A stretch of 55,623 bases of DNA from Bacilli bacterium. GTDB lineage: Bacteria > Bacillota_I > Bacilli_A > RF39 > UBA660. The stretch is from positions 1 to 55,623 of the forward strand of contig JAEDES010000005.1 of NCBI GenBank assembly GCA_016293205.1, read 5' to 3'. A program made the position numbers and the translations under genes. This document shows positions 1 to 8,819 of this stretch, piece after piece. The notes under the pieces were generated by a model. It searched no databases and had not been told where the DNA came from. It was given only the letters and a program-made list of their open reading frames with translations. The first letter of the stretch is position 1, and every line of letters starts with the position of its first letter.

Positions 1-242
1 TAAATAGTGGTCTTTATTATGTAGAAAATTATTAACGATAAGGGAACAAGAATTTGGAATTTCATTTTTCTTATTTTATGTCTAAATAAGAACATTCCAA
101 TTAATGTACCTAGTCCTCCACCAATTAGTGCTAGGAAGAGTAGTGTATTTTCACTTATTCTTCTTTTACTTATTATTGCTAAGAATTTATCGATACCCAT
201 TGATAAGAAAGATATAATGTTTATAACTATTAAATAAATCAT
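1..242 (-). CDS. DUF1294-family small membrane protein (C-terminus reaches the window edge)
   Basis: Not in the ORF track because no stop lies inside the window. The minus-strand ATG at 242 overlaps the TGA of the upstream gene (ATGA). The translation MIYLIVINIISFLSMGIDKFLAIISKRRISENTLLFLALIGGGLGTLIGMFLFRHKIRKMKFQIL... shows the DK..A...RISE..L...GG.G...FRHK..K.KF pattern I associate with DUF1294. Confidence 0.7.
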   Translation of the reverse strand, partial: MIYLIVINIISFLSMGIDKFLAIISKRRISENTLLFLALIGGGLGTLIGMFLFRHKIRKMKFQILVPLSLIIFYIIKTTI

Positions 243-1174
243 AATTTACTTCCTTGATAAGTATCTCTTCTTACCATTTCTTTATCAATATCATTTAAGA
301 CACAGAATTTTTTTACTAACCATTGTGGTTCAATTAAATCTTCAAGTTTAGGATCCCCTGTAATTCTGTGAATTACTATTTCTGGTCGAAGTAATTCTAA
401 TTGAGAAATAGTAATATCAATATATTCTTCTTTTGTTAAGATATGGAATTTATCTTTTTGATACATGTATTCAAGTGGTGTATCTTTTAAAATACTTAGC
501 ATGTGTATTTTTATACCTTGGATATCTAATGTATTAAGATATCTTACAGTATTTAACATATCTTCTTTTGTTTCATATGGAAGACCATTAATAATATGAA
601 CAACGACATCTATATTTCTTTCTCTTAGTTTTTTTACCATGTTTTCAAAACATTCTAGAGAGTGACATCTATTTATTAATTTTGATGTTGATTCTTTTGA
701 TGTTTGAAAACCTAATTCAATTGTAAGATAAGTTCTTTTATTTAATTCATCTAAATAATCTAGACATTCATCAGATATAGCATCTGGTCTTGTACCTATG
801 TTTAATCCAATGATTCCTTCTTGTTCAAGAATTTTATCATGAAGTTTTCTTAATACTTCTACAGGTGCATGAGTATTTGTTCTTGCTTGAAAATAGCCAA
901 TATATTTTCCATTAGGCCATTTTTTTAACATCATGTTTTTTACATCATTGAATTGCTTTACAATTTCATCTTCTTTGTTACCAGCAAATTCACCACTACC
1001 TGATTTAGAACAATAAATACAACCACCATAACCAACAGTTCCATCTATATTAGGACAGGAAAAGTTAGCATTTAAACTTACTTTAAATATTTTACTATTA
1101 AATCTATTTTTATAGTAATAATCTAAAGTATGATAACGTTTATTTGAATTGGTGTATTTAAAGTTATTCTTCAT
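239..1174 (-). CDS. TIGR01212-family radical SAM protein (B. subtilis YtqA-like)
   Basis: 311 aa. Contains the Cys cluster CPNIDGTVGYGGCIYC and overall YtqA-like sequence. A GAGG SD sits inside the end of the upstream gene. Confidence 0.85.
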   Translation of the reverse strand: MKNNFKYTNSNKRYHTLDYYYKNRFNSKIFKVSLNANFSCPNIDGTVGYGGCIYCSKSGSGEFAGNKEDEIVKQFNDVKNMMLKKWPNGKYIGYFQARTNTHAPVEVLRKLHDKILEQEGIIGLNIGTRPDAISDECLDYLDELNKRTYLTIELGFQTSKESTSKLINRCHSLECFENMVKKLRERNIDVVVHIINGLPYETKEDMLNTVRYLNTLDIQGIKIHMLSILKDTPLEYMYQKDKFHILTKEEYIDITISQLELLRPEIVIHRITGDPKLEDLIEPQWLVKKFCVLNDIDKEMVRRDTYQGSKL

Positions 1175-1175
1175 A

Positions 1176-2366
1176 TTAATCCTCGCATATTGTATATAAG
1201 TAAACAGCTTTTAATAATTCAATTGGATTTAGTAATCCTAAAGTTCTTAGATCTTTATAATTACCTTTTTCCATTTCTAAATATAATTCAACTTCTGTTT
1301 TCTTAGTTTTTCTTGTTTCTGTTGTATCTAGTTCTTTAATTCTTTTCTTAAGCTCTTTTCTTATGGCTCTGTTAAAAGATCTATAAGTATAGATTTTAGT
1401 ATCATCCAGATTAAAGTCTTTTGCAACTAATTCCATTACTCTTAAAAGTAATTTATCTTCTAATTTGGTTGGAATATCAGATGATATTTTTAATTGTTTA
1501 TAGAAGTCTTTTGTTGCATTTTTAAATCTTAATACTTTACTCATAATATGTTCGTATGTTTGTTGATACATATTATTATTTTTTTCTATTTGACCTTTTT
1601 TAAATGTATAACGATTTCCTTCTAATTTATTGAAGACTTTCATTGCATCATTATACCCTAAAGCAATATTTCTTTTTGCTCCTTCTTCATAGAAGTTTAA
1701 GAAATTTGTTAATTTAGTTTTAGGTTTAATTGTAATAGTCTTAACTTTTTTATTAGGTGTTCTTTTAAGACCTGGTGCGGATAAGTCTACTGCAATTATT
1801 TCGTCAGCTCCCATTTTAATAGCAAGATTTATTGGTAGATTATCATAATATCCTCCATCAATAAATTCTTCTCCATTAATTTCTTTCTTTTGGAAAGCAG
1901 GGAAACATGTTGCGGATGCCATTAAATAGTCATCTAATAAATGTTGTTTTATTTGAGATTTTGTTAGTTCCATTGGTTTTTTATTTGTTAAACTGAATGT
2001 TACTAATCCAAAGTCAATTTTTGATTTATAAAACTTTTTTGTTTTTAGAGCATTTTTGATAATTTTTTGAATTTGAGTGGTATCCATACCACCATCTTTT
2101 AGAAATTTTTCTCCATACATTTTATATAAATCTACTATTTCATTTGATTCGATGGCGTCTTCACCAAATAAAACATTTAGATTAATTTTTTTCCATGTAT
2201 CAATTGCTCTTCTATATGTATTTTGTGTAATTAAAGCAGCATTTAAAGCTCCAGCAGAAGTACCAGTTACAATGTCTATTTTAATATTTAATTCTCTTAA
2301 TGCTTTCCATACTCCAATCTGGTAAGATCCTTTAGAACCTCCTCCGGATAATACTAATGCTCTCAT
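1176..2366 (-). CDS. patatin-like phospholipase
   Basis: Carries the oxyanion motif SGGGSKGS, nucleophile elbow GTSAG and catalytic DGG (FIDGGYYDN). The ATG at 2366 is preferred because the track's GTG at 2375 is part of the SD AAGGGTG, 6 nt upstream. Confidence 0.85.
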   Translation of the reverse strand: MRALVLSGGGSKGSYQIGVWKALRELNIKIDIVTGTSAGALNAALITQNTYRRAIDTWKKINLNVLFGEDAIESNEIVDLYKMYGEKFLKDGGMDTTQIQKIIKNALKTKKFYKSKIDFGLVTFSLTNKKPMELTKSQIKQHLLDDYLMASATCFPAFQKKEINGEEFIDGGYYDNLPINLAIKMGADEIIAVDLSAPGLKRTPNKKVKTITIKPKTKLTNFLNFYEEGAKRNIALGYNDAMKVFNKLEGNRYTFKKGQIEKNNNMYQQTYEHIMSKVLRFKNATKDFYKQLKISSDIPTKLEDKLLLRVMELVAKDFNLDDTKIYTYRSFNRAIRKELKKRIKELDTTETRKTKKTEVELYLEMEKGNYKDLRTLGLLNPIELLKAVYLYTICED

Positions 2367-2443
2367 TTTACTCACCCTTCTTAAATTATAGCATTATTTT
2401 ATATTCAAATACTAGAGTGTCTAGTGTTTGGAAATGCGTATAA

Positions 2444-2454
2444 ATTATACCACA
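2444..2454 (-). promoter_or_regulatory. extended -10 (TRTG-type) promoter TGTGGTATAAT for the patatin/radical-SAM/DUF1294 operon
   Basis: The minus strand reads aattTTGTGGTATAATttat, matching the -16 TRTG plus TATAAT architecture known for Gram-positive sigma-A promoters. Confidence 0.55.
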
Positions 2455-2507
2455 AAATTAAGAAAAAAGCAATTAATATGATATACTTGAAGTAGGATGG
2501 TGATTAA

Positions 2508-3635
2508 ATGGCTAAAGTAAAAAGATTAAAATTAAAGAGTTCAGTTGTTAATGTTTTGAAAATAATTGGAATTATTTTGATTCTTTGTTTGGCTGTTTTT
2601 ATATTTTATAGATCACAAATTAAATCTTTAACTAGTATAGGATATAGTGAAAAGGCTAGTAATGAAATTTTATTTTCAATGAAGAAGGATTATGTTTTAT
2701 CTAAGGGAGAGAATAAAACTTTAAATGCTGCTTTTGAGAGTAGTGATTATAAAGAAGAGTATTTAGACAATTATAGTAAGATTAATTATCATGAACATAA
2801 GAATATTATTAAGAATATTAATACTTTAATAAAAAGAGGTTATAGTAATAATCATATTAATATTATTTTAAGTCATGGTAATGATAGTGATGTTACTGAG
2901 TTTGCTAAAAAAGATAAAGTTAAATATTTAGAAGAATTTTATTATTTAGATTATGCAAAACTTAGATATTATGATAAATATGTAGAATACTCTACAACTA
3001 CTGGAGAAGATGAAGAGACTACTGTTTTATATATTAATTTAGGTATGGATGGAGAAGCTTATAAAGATGTTGAAATTGTGGATGAATTTAGTCATACTAT
3101 GTTAGTTAATAAATATAAAAAATTAGAAGAAGATTTTGAACCATATGATTTAAGTGATATACCTGAGGAGTATGCTTCTAGTGAATTACAAGCTAGTAAG
3201 ATGGCAATTGATGCTTTTATTGAAATGTATAATGCTGCAAAAAGGGAAGATTTAGGATTAGTTATTAATTCGGCTTATCGTTCTTATCAAACACAAGTAG
3301 AGTTGTGTGATGAATATAGGGATTTATATGGACAATCATATGTTGATAGATATGTTGCTTATCCAGGACATTCTGAACATCAAACAGGACTTGCTTTTGA
3401 TATTGGAAGTACTTCTAGTCGCGTTTTTGTAGATTCAGAAGAATACAAATGGGTAATTGATAATGCTCACAAGTATGGATTTATTCTTAGATTTACTACT
3501 AAGGGACAAAGTATTACAGGATTTAGAAATGAGCCTTGGCATGTTAGATTTGTAGGGAAGACTGCTAGTGAATACATTTATAAGCATAAAATTACATACG
3601 AAGAGTATTATGCTATGTTTGTTGATTTAGACTAA
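2508..3635 (+). CDS. membrane-anchored VanY/M15B-type D-alanyl-D-alanine carboxypeptidase
   Basis: Has an N-terminal TM segment. The C-terminal domain carries SAYRSYQTQ, GHSEHQTGLAFD and EPWHVRFVG (Zn ligands and catalytic motifs of the VanY family). SD is GGTGA. Confidence 0.85.
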   Translation: MAKVKRLKLKSSVVNVLKIIGIILILCLAVFIFYRSQIKSLTSIGYSEKASNEILFSMKKDYVLSKGENKTLNAAFESSDYKEEYLDNYSKINYHEHKNIIKNINTLIKRGYSNNHINIILSHGNDSDVTEFAKKDKVKYLEEFYYLDYAKLRYYDKYVEYSTTTGEDEETTVLYINLGMDGEAYKDVEIVDEFSHTMLVNKYKKLEEDFEPYDLSDIPEEYASSELQASKMAIDAFIEMYNAAKREDLGLVINSAYRSYQTQVELCDEYRDLYGQSYVDRYVAYPGHSEHQTGLAFDIGSTSSRVFVDSEEYKWVIDNAHKYGFILRFTTKGQSITGFRNEPWHVRFVGKTASEYIYKHKITYEEYYAMFVDLD

Positions 3636-3639
3636 AATA

Positions 3640-3660
3640 AAAAAGACCATTGGTCTTTTT
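3640..3660. terminator. bidirectional rho-independent terminator shared by the two convergent VanY-like genes
   Basis: AAAAAGACC-att-GGTCTTTTT is a perfect 9-bp stem flanked by an A-run and a T-run, filling the 25-nt gap. Confidence 0.85.
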
Positions 3661-4710
3661 TTATGCATTTAAATATTCTTCTAATGTTATGTTTTGATTC
3701 ATTATTTTAGTAGCATGTTCAACTCCTACATAACGGATGTGCCATGGTTCATATTGGTATCCAGTTATTGATTCTTTTCCTTTTGGATATCTTAGAATGA
3801 AACCATATTTGTGACAGTTTTCTTTTAACCAAATTCCTGCAGGAGTAGAACCATAATTATCATCTAGTTTACCTACATCGAATGCTAAACCAGTTTGATG
3901 TTCTGAGTGACCTGGTCTTGCAGAATAAGTATCTGCTAGAGCTTGTCCGTCTCTTGCAACATAGTTATTATATAATGTTTGTTGTCTTGAATAAGATCTA
4001 AACCCTGAAATTAATGGAATATTATGACCAGCAGTTGAAGCAGCTTGTTGTAATTGTTTTAAGGCAGTGGATGCAGTTTGATCTACTCCTGGATTATAGT
4101 TTGCTGGAAGAGAATATTTTTTATTTACTATTAATATTCCTTTTATATATGTTCCTTGAGTTTTAGGTTTTTCTATAACATTTACTTTTCTTTTTATTTC
4201 AGTTTTATTTTTAGATGAATCACTAACCGAGTAGGTTACTTCATATGTTCCTGTTTTTTTATTATCAATATTATTTGTAACTTTTACTTTACTTGTAATA
4301 TCTTTATCATAGTTGTCTGTTGCAGTATAACCTGGTTCATTATAAGTATCATTTTGATATATTGTTACTTCATTTCCTTGAAGAATTATTTCTGGTTTTG
4401 TTGTATCTACTACTTTTATTTTTCTTTTTATTATTTTTGTTGTTTTTAGATGAGTTATTTTATAAGTAATAGTGTATGTACCTAGTTTATTTGTATTTAC
4501 TTTGTTAGTTTTTTTTACTTTGTTTTTAGTACCTTCTATTTTTACACCTTTATCTTTATATTTTGTAAATACTTCTATTGTTTCATCTTTACCTATTAGT
4601 TTTATTTTTATTAAAGGATTAAAAAATATAAAGATTATTAGAGTTATTAATATTAAAATTATTGTAATGATTATGGATATTAATTTTAGATTAGTTTTCT
4701 TTTTTTTCAT
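3661..4710 (-). CDS. VanY/M15B-type D-Ala-D-Ala carboxypeptidase with N-terminal TM anchor and Ig-like (DUF5011-like) domains
   Basis: C-terminal motifs are SGFRSYSRQQ, GHSEHQTGLAFD and EPWHIRYVG. The middle region (DTTKPEI...TGTYEVTYSVSDSSKN) resembles a bacterial Ig-like domain. The ATG at 4710 is preceded by GGAGGT; the track's TTG at 4722 lies within or upstream of that SD. Confidence 0.85.
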   Translation of the reverse strand: MKKKKTNLKLISIIITIILILITLIIFIFFNPLIKIKLIGKDETIEVFTKYKDKGVKIEGTKNKVKKTNKVNTNKLGTYTITYKITHLKTTKIIKRKIKVVDTTKPEIILQGNEVTIYQNDTYNEPGYTATDNYDKDITSKVKVTNNIDNKKTGTYEVTYSVSDSSKNKTEIKRKVNVIEKPKTQGTYIKGILIVNKKYSLPANYNPGVDQTASTALKQLQQAASTAGHNIPLISGFRSYSRQQTLYNNYVARDGQALADTYSARPGHSEHQTGLAFDVGKLDDNYGSTPAGIWLKENCHKYGFILRYPKGKESITGYQYEPWHIRYVGVEHATKIMNQNITLEEYLNA

Positions 4711-4844
4711 AGATACCTCCAAATTATTTTAATTATATCATATTGGTAAATTATTTGTAAAAATAAGTATTTATTTGTCTTTTAACTAGTAATATTTTTT
4801 TTGTTATGATATTATGTTATTAGAGTAATAAGAAGGTGTTAAGT

Positions 4845-7265
4845 ATGTATCCACTTGGAAAACAATTTGAAGTAGATAATGCTAAGGCTAGAAGTGAAGA
4901 AAAATCTATAATACCTGGTAAAAAATATAGAATATCTGTTATTACAGATAGGGTTGTTAGAATTGAATATTCCGCAAATGGTCAATTCGTTGATCGTCCT
5001 ACGCAGTTGATAAAGAAAAGAAACCTTGGGGTTCCTGATTTTTCTGTGCGTCAAGATCAAAATATATTAGAAATTGCAACAAAATACTTTGTTTTAAATT
5101 ATATTAAAGAACAACCTTTTATAGGAACTAAAGTAGATCCTATGAGAAATTTAAAGATTACTTTATTAAGTAGAGATAAAGATAGAATTAAGAGTTGGTA
5201 TCAAGGACATCCTGAAGTTAGAAATATGGGTGGAAACATGATAAGTGTTGATATGGGGATACCTAAACCATACGATAAAGGTCTTTATTCACTTGATGGA
5301 TTCTGTTCTATTGATGATAGTAAGAGTAAGATTTTGATGGAAGATGGTACTCTTGCTGACCCCCCAGAAGGTCATACAGATATTTATGTATTCTTATATG
5401 ATAAAGATTTTAGGCAAGCGTTACTTGATTATTTTAAGATGACAGGAGCGCCTGCTTTAATTCCAAGATATGCTCTTGGTAACTGGTGGAGTAGAAATAT
5501 AACTTATTCTGATAAAACTATTTATGAATTAATTAGAAATTTTGAAAGAAATAAGATTCCACTATCAGTAATGGTATTTGATCATGATTGGCACTATAGA
5601 AATGTTGGAGAATATAAAGATTTAAAGACTGGATATTCATTTAATTCATCTTTAATTAAAGATCCTAAAGCAATGATAGATGAATTCCATAAACGTGGAA
5701 TTAGAGTAGGGTTATGTGTTAATCCAACTAATGGTATTTATCCACATGAACTTTATTATAAGAAAGCATGTGAATATTTAGGAATTGCTGATTCTAAGAT
5801 TATAGATTTTGATCCACTTAATCCAAAATTAATGGATATAGTCTTTAAAGTATTTTTACATCCACTTGAGTCATATGGAGTAGATTTCTTCTGGAATGAT
5901 TCAATGGGAGACAATAATATTAATAAATTATGGGCTTTAAATCATTATATGTTCTTAGATTCAGGAAGATTACCAAATAAGAGACCAATGATTTTAGCAA
6001 GAGGTTCTGTCATAGCGCCTCATAGATATCCTATTTCTTATGGAGGTAGTAGTGAAATTAGTTGGAGAGAACTTAAAAAGTTACCTTTTAAATACTTAAA
6101 TGCTGCAAACATTGGAGTAAGTTGGTGGAGCCATGATGTTGGTGGAAACCATGGTGGAGTAGAAGATGGGGAACTTTATTTAAGATACTTACAATTAAGT
6201 GTTTTTTCACCAATATTAAGATTCCATGGTGCTAGGGGAAATTATTATAAGAAAGAACCATGGTTATGGGATGCTAAAACAGAAAGTATTGCATCTAACT
6301 ATTTAAGACTTCGTCATAGATTAATTCCATATTTATATACAGAAGCTTATAATTATACAAAGACTGGTACTACTTTAATACAACCATTCTATTATAATTA
6401 TTTATGGGTTTATGATGATGAATTATATAGAAATCAATATTACTTTGGATCACAATTATTAGTGTGTCCAATCTTAAAACAAAAAGATAATACGATGAAT
6501 CGTACTATTCATAAATTTTATATACCTGATGGTACTTGGTATGATTTTATGACTGGTAAGAAATTCCCAGGAAATAAAAAGTATACATCATTCTATAAAG
6601 AAGATGAATATCCAGTATTTGCACATGCAGGTTCGATAGTACCATTATCTAATAGAAGTGATTATAATAATACAGGATTACCAATTGATTTAGAAATTCA
6701 AATCTTCCCTGGAGTTAGTAATACATATACTATGTATGAAGATGATGGAGTTACTTCATTATATAGAGAAGGTTATTTCTTAAAGACTTCAATTGATTAT
6801 AATTACTTAAAGAATCAATATACAGTAATAATTAGATCAGTAGATGGTAAGAGTGGTATTATTCCTGATAGACGTAACTATAAGATTGTATTTAGAAATA
6901 CTAAACAACCTGATGAAGTTACTGCTTTCTTTGATACTGAAAAGATTAATTTTACTAGTTATGTAGATGGTAATGACTTTGTAGTAGAAGTTAAAGAATG
7001 CTTTACTTTAGGTCAATTATCAGTTAGTTTAAGGGGAAAAAATATTGAAATAGATGAAACTAGACTTATTAATGATGATGTTAATAGTATCTTAATGGAT
7101 TTAAAGATTGATACATATTTAAAAGAAGATATTGCAGCAATCATGTTTAATGATGAAGTTCCTAGCAAGAAGAGAATTGAAATTAGAAAACTTCGTAAAA
7201 AAGGTTTATCTAAAGAATATATGGATTTATTCTTACAATTAATTCAATATATAAGTGAGGTTTAA
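4845..7265 (+). CDS. glycoside hydrolase family 31 (alpha-glucosidase/alpha-xylosidase-like), cytoplasmic
   Basis: GH31-type catalytic region with DHDWHY, GVDFFWNDSMG and WWSHDVGG. No signal peptide. The ATG at 4845 lies 8 nt after AGAAGG; the track's GTG at 4836 overlaps the SD. Confidence 0.85.
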   Translation: MYPLGKQFEVDNAKARSEEKSIIPGKKYRISVITDRVVRIEYSANGQFVDRPTQLIKKRNLGVPDFSVRQDQNILEIATKYFVLNYIKEQPFIGTKVDPMRNLKITLLSRDKDRIKSWYQGHPEVRNMGGNMISVDMGIPKPYDKGLYSLDGFCSIDDSKSKILMEDGTLADPPEGHTDIYVFLYDKDFRQALLDYFKMTGAPALIPRYALGNWWSRNITYSDKTIYELIRNFERNKIPLSVMVFDHDWHYRNVGEYKDLKTGYSFNSSLIKDPKAMIDEFHKRGIRVGLCVNPTNGIYPHELYYKKACEYLGIADSKIIDFDPLNPKLMDIVFKVFLHPLESYGVDFFWNDSMGDNNINKLWALNHYMFLDSGRLPNKRPMILARGSVIAPHRYPISYGGSSEISWRELKKLPFKYLNAANIGVSWWSHDVGGNHGGVEDGELYLRYLQLSVFSPILRFHGARGNYYKKEPWLWDAKTESIASNYLRLRHRLIPYLYTEAYNYTKTGTTLIQPFYYNYLWVYDDELYRNQYYFGSQLLVCPILKQKDNTMNRTIHKFYIPDGTWYDFMTGKKFPGNKKYTSFYKEDEYPVFAHAGSIVPLSNRSDYNNTGLPIDLEIQIFPGVSNTYTMYEDDGVTSLYREGYFLKTSIDYNYLKNQYTVIIRSVDGKSGIIPDRRNYKIVFRNTKQPDEVTAFFDTEKINFTSYVDGNDFVVEVKECFTLGQLSVSLRGKNIEIDETRLINDDVNSILMDLKIDTYLKEDIAAIMFNDEVPSKKRIEIRKLRKKGLSKEYMDLFLQLIQYISEV

Positions 7266-7270
7266 AATAA

Positions 7271-8170
7271 ATGACAGAAAAAGAAAAAAGAAGATTAGCA
7301 GTGCGTAGACTGTCTGATTTAAAAGATCAAGCTATTGTTATGAGTTTAGAAACAATGGATTGTGAAGATAAGTTAGCTCTATATGATTCAATATTTAATT
7401 TGTTTGCTCATGGAGAGTTAGATAATCAATTGGAATCATATGTATTTGATGGTATGAGTGAAGATGATAGAGTTAGATTAATTAAATTAGTTGGTGATCA
7501 TAGAGGATTAGTCTTTTATAAAGGATTAGGAGAATATTGGTTAGATTCTTTAGAAGGATATGCTGTTAGTGACAATGAAATAATTACTTATTCTATATTT
7601 GATAATTATGACTACTTATTAGATTTGGGTAGACGTGGTGGGAATAGAGTATTACAACAATTAGAGATGTTCCAAAATACTGGATATATTAATTCTTCGG
7701 TTGTTGAATATTTAAGAAGAAGTAATTTAGATGATGAAGTACTTACAAGTATATTATTAGAAATGTCTAGAGAAGATAGTTTATATAATATATTTACTGA
7801 TGAACAAAAATGTGTTTTATTAGGTAATCCATATGGAAATTTATATACAACTAGTGAAGATGGAGTTGTTGTTAGATCTCCTATTGATATAGCAGTTGAT
7901 TTATATAAAGAAACTTATGGTAAAGATATTACTATTGATGAAGAAAATGGATTAGATGTAGTTAGAGGATTAAGAGAATTCTTATTAACTGCGGATATTG
8001 ATCAAAGTGTATCTGAAAAATCAGATGATTATGTTTTAGATATGTATAGAAATAATGAATCAAGAGATGTTGATAGTATTACTATTGATAATAAACATGA
8101 TTATTTAAGAGCATATATGAGTGAATTTGCTCCTGATTATGGAGAAGATGATTATAAGAAGACTTTATAG
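7271..8170 (+). CDS. hypothetical acidic protein, translationally adjacent to GH31
   Basis: 299-aa ORF separated by 5 nt from GH31, with a GAGG SD inside the GH31 3' end. I recognise no family. Confidence 0.7.
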   Translation: MTEKEKRRLAVRRLSDLKDQAIVMSLETMDCEDKLALYDSIFNLFAHGELDNQLESYVFDGMSEDDRVRLIKLVGDHRGLVFYKGLGEYWLDSLEGYAVSDNEIITYSIFDNYDYLLDLGRRGGNRVLQQLEMFQNTGYINSSVVEYLRRSNLDDEVLTSILLEMSREDSLYNIFTDEQKCVLLGNPYGNLYTTSEDGVVVRSPIDIAVDLYKETYGKDITIDEENGLDVVRGLREFLLTADIDQSVSEKSDDYVLDMYRNNESRDVDSITIDNKHDYLRAYMSEFAPDYGEDDYKKTL

Positions 8171-8185
8171 TCTTCTTTTTTTATT
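8159..8185 (+). terminator. rho-independent terminator of the GH31 operon
   Basis: AAGACT-ttat-AGTCTT followed by a T-run. The stop codon lies in the 3' arm. Confidence 0.7.
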
Positions 8186-8191
8186 TTTTAC

Positions 8192-8220
8192 TTGAAAAAT
8201 AAAGAAAAATCTAATATACT
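8192..8220 (+). promoter_or_regulatory. sigma-A-type promoter of the Leu T-box operon
   Basis: TTGAAA (8192-8197), 17 nt spacer, TATACT (8215-8220). Confidence 0.7.
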
Positions 8221-8226
8221 ATGAGT

Positions 8227-8442
8227 AATGTTTTTGAAATATTATTAGTAGTAGTAATATTCTTCTTATTTTTAGAGAACTTGTGGTTGGTGAAAACAAG
8301 TATTAAGAGTTTATGAACTTGACTAATTTAAAGTATTAAGGGTAAGACCTTTATCTCTATTAAAGCTGCATAGGTAATCTATGAAGTAAGGTGGTACCGC
8401 GAGAATTTCGTCCTTATATTTATATAAGGGCGTTTTTATTTT
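8227..8442 (+). promoter_or_regulatory. T-box riboswitch leader, leucine specifier
   Basis: Stem I has the AGAGA bulge (8274-8278) and a GGTGAAA distal loop. The specifier region is atGAACTTGAc, with TTG (8319-8321) followed by A in the position aligned to the Tyr T-box; an overlapping CTT is also Leu. The T-box sequence AAGGTGGTACCGCG is at 8388-8401. The terminator is CGTCCTTA...TAAGGGCG plus a T-run (8409-8442). Confidence 0.9.
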
Positions 8443-8456
8443 ATAGGAGGATAAAA

Positions 8457-8819
8457 ATGGAAGAGTTAGTATTATTTGGATTATGTTATGTCCTGGTATT
8501 TGTGTTATATCAAATATTTATAGTTTCAAAAGCAAAGAAAAATTATGAAAAAGAGGATAAGAAGTATCCAGTAGAAGTTAAATATTTAATGGGTAAATAT
8601 AAACTGGATATGGAAAAAATTAAATATAATCAGTTATTACAAATAGTGGCATTAGTATCAAGTTTTGATATTTCACTAATGGTTTCAGTAGTTTCAATAT
8701 TTGATAACTATGTAATGCAATTAGTTGCTGCTGTTGCAATAGTAATACCTGTTTTATTAGTAAGTTATAGTTTAGTTGGATTATTTTATAAAAAGAAGGG
8801 AATGGTAAAAGATGTATAA
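8457..8819 (+). CDS. small integral membrane protein (3 predicted TM segments), first gene of the T-box(Leu) operon
   Basis: The ATG at 8457 lies 7 nt after AGGAGG, directly after the T-box terminator. The track ORF start at 8391 would read through the T-box and terminator. The 3' end overlaps the leuS start by 8 nt. Confidence 0.7.
   Translation: MEELVLFGLCYVLVFVLYQIFIVSKAKKNYEKEDKKYPVEVKYLMGKYKLDMEKIKYNQLLQIVALVSSFDISLMVSVVSIFDNYVMQLVAAVAIVIPVLLVSYSLVGLFYKKKGMVKDV

Noticed and set aside
2077-2325. These are other antisense or overlapping track ORFs: 2077-2325, 4472-4732, 4839-5060, 8620-8877, 9697-9939, 9752-9958, 18673-18933, 20481-20699, 21495-21719, 22437-22649, 27239-27490, 40000-40224, 44422-44610 and 52264-52485.
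   Set aside because: Each lies inside or opposite a well-supported gene, lacks an SD and has an atypical composition. I treat them as chance ORFs.
8391-8456. N-terminal 22 codons of the track ORF 8391-8819 (GTG start).
   Set aside because: They read straight through the T-box conserved sequence and its terminator. An AGGAGG-ATG at 8457 is the credible start.
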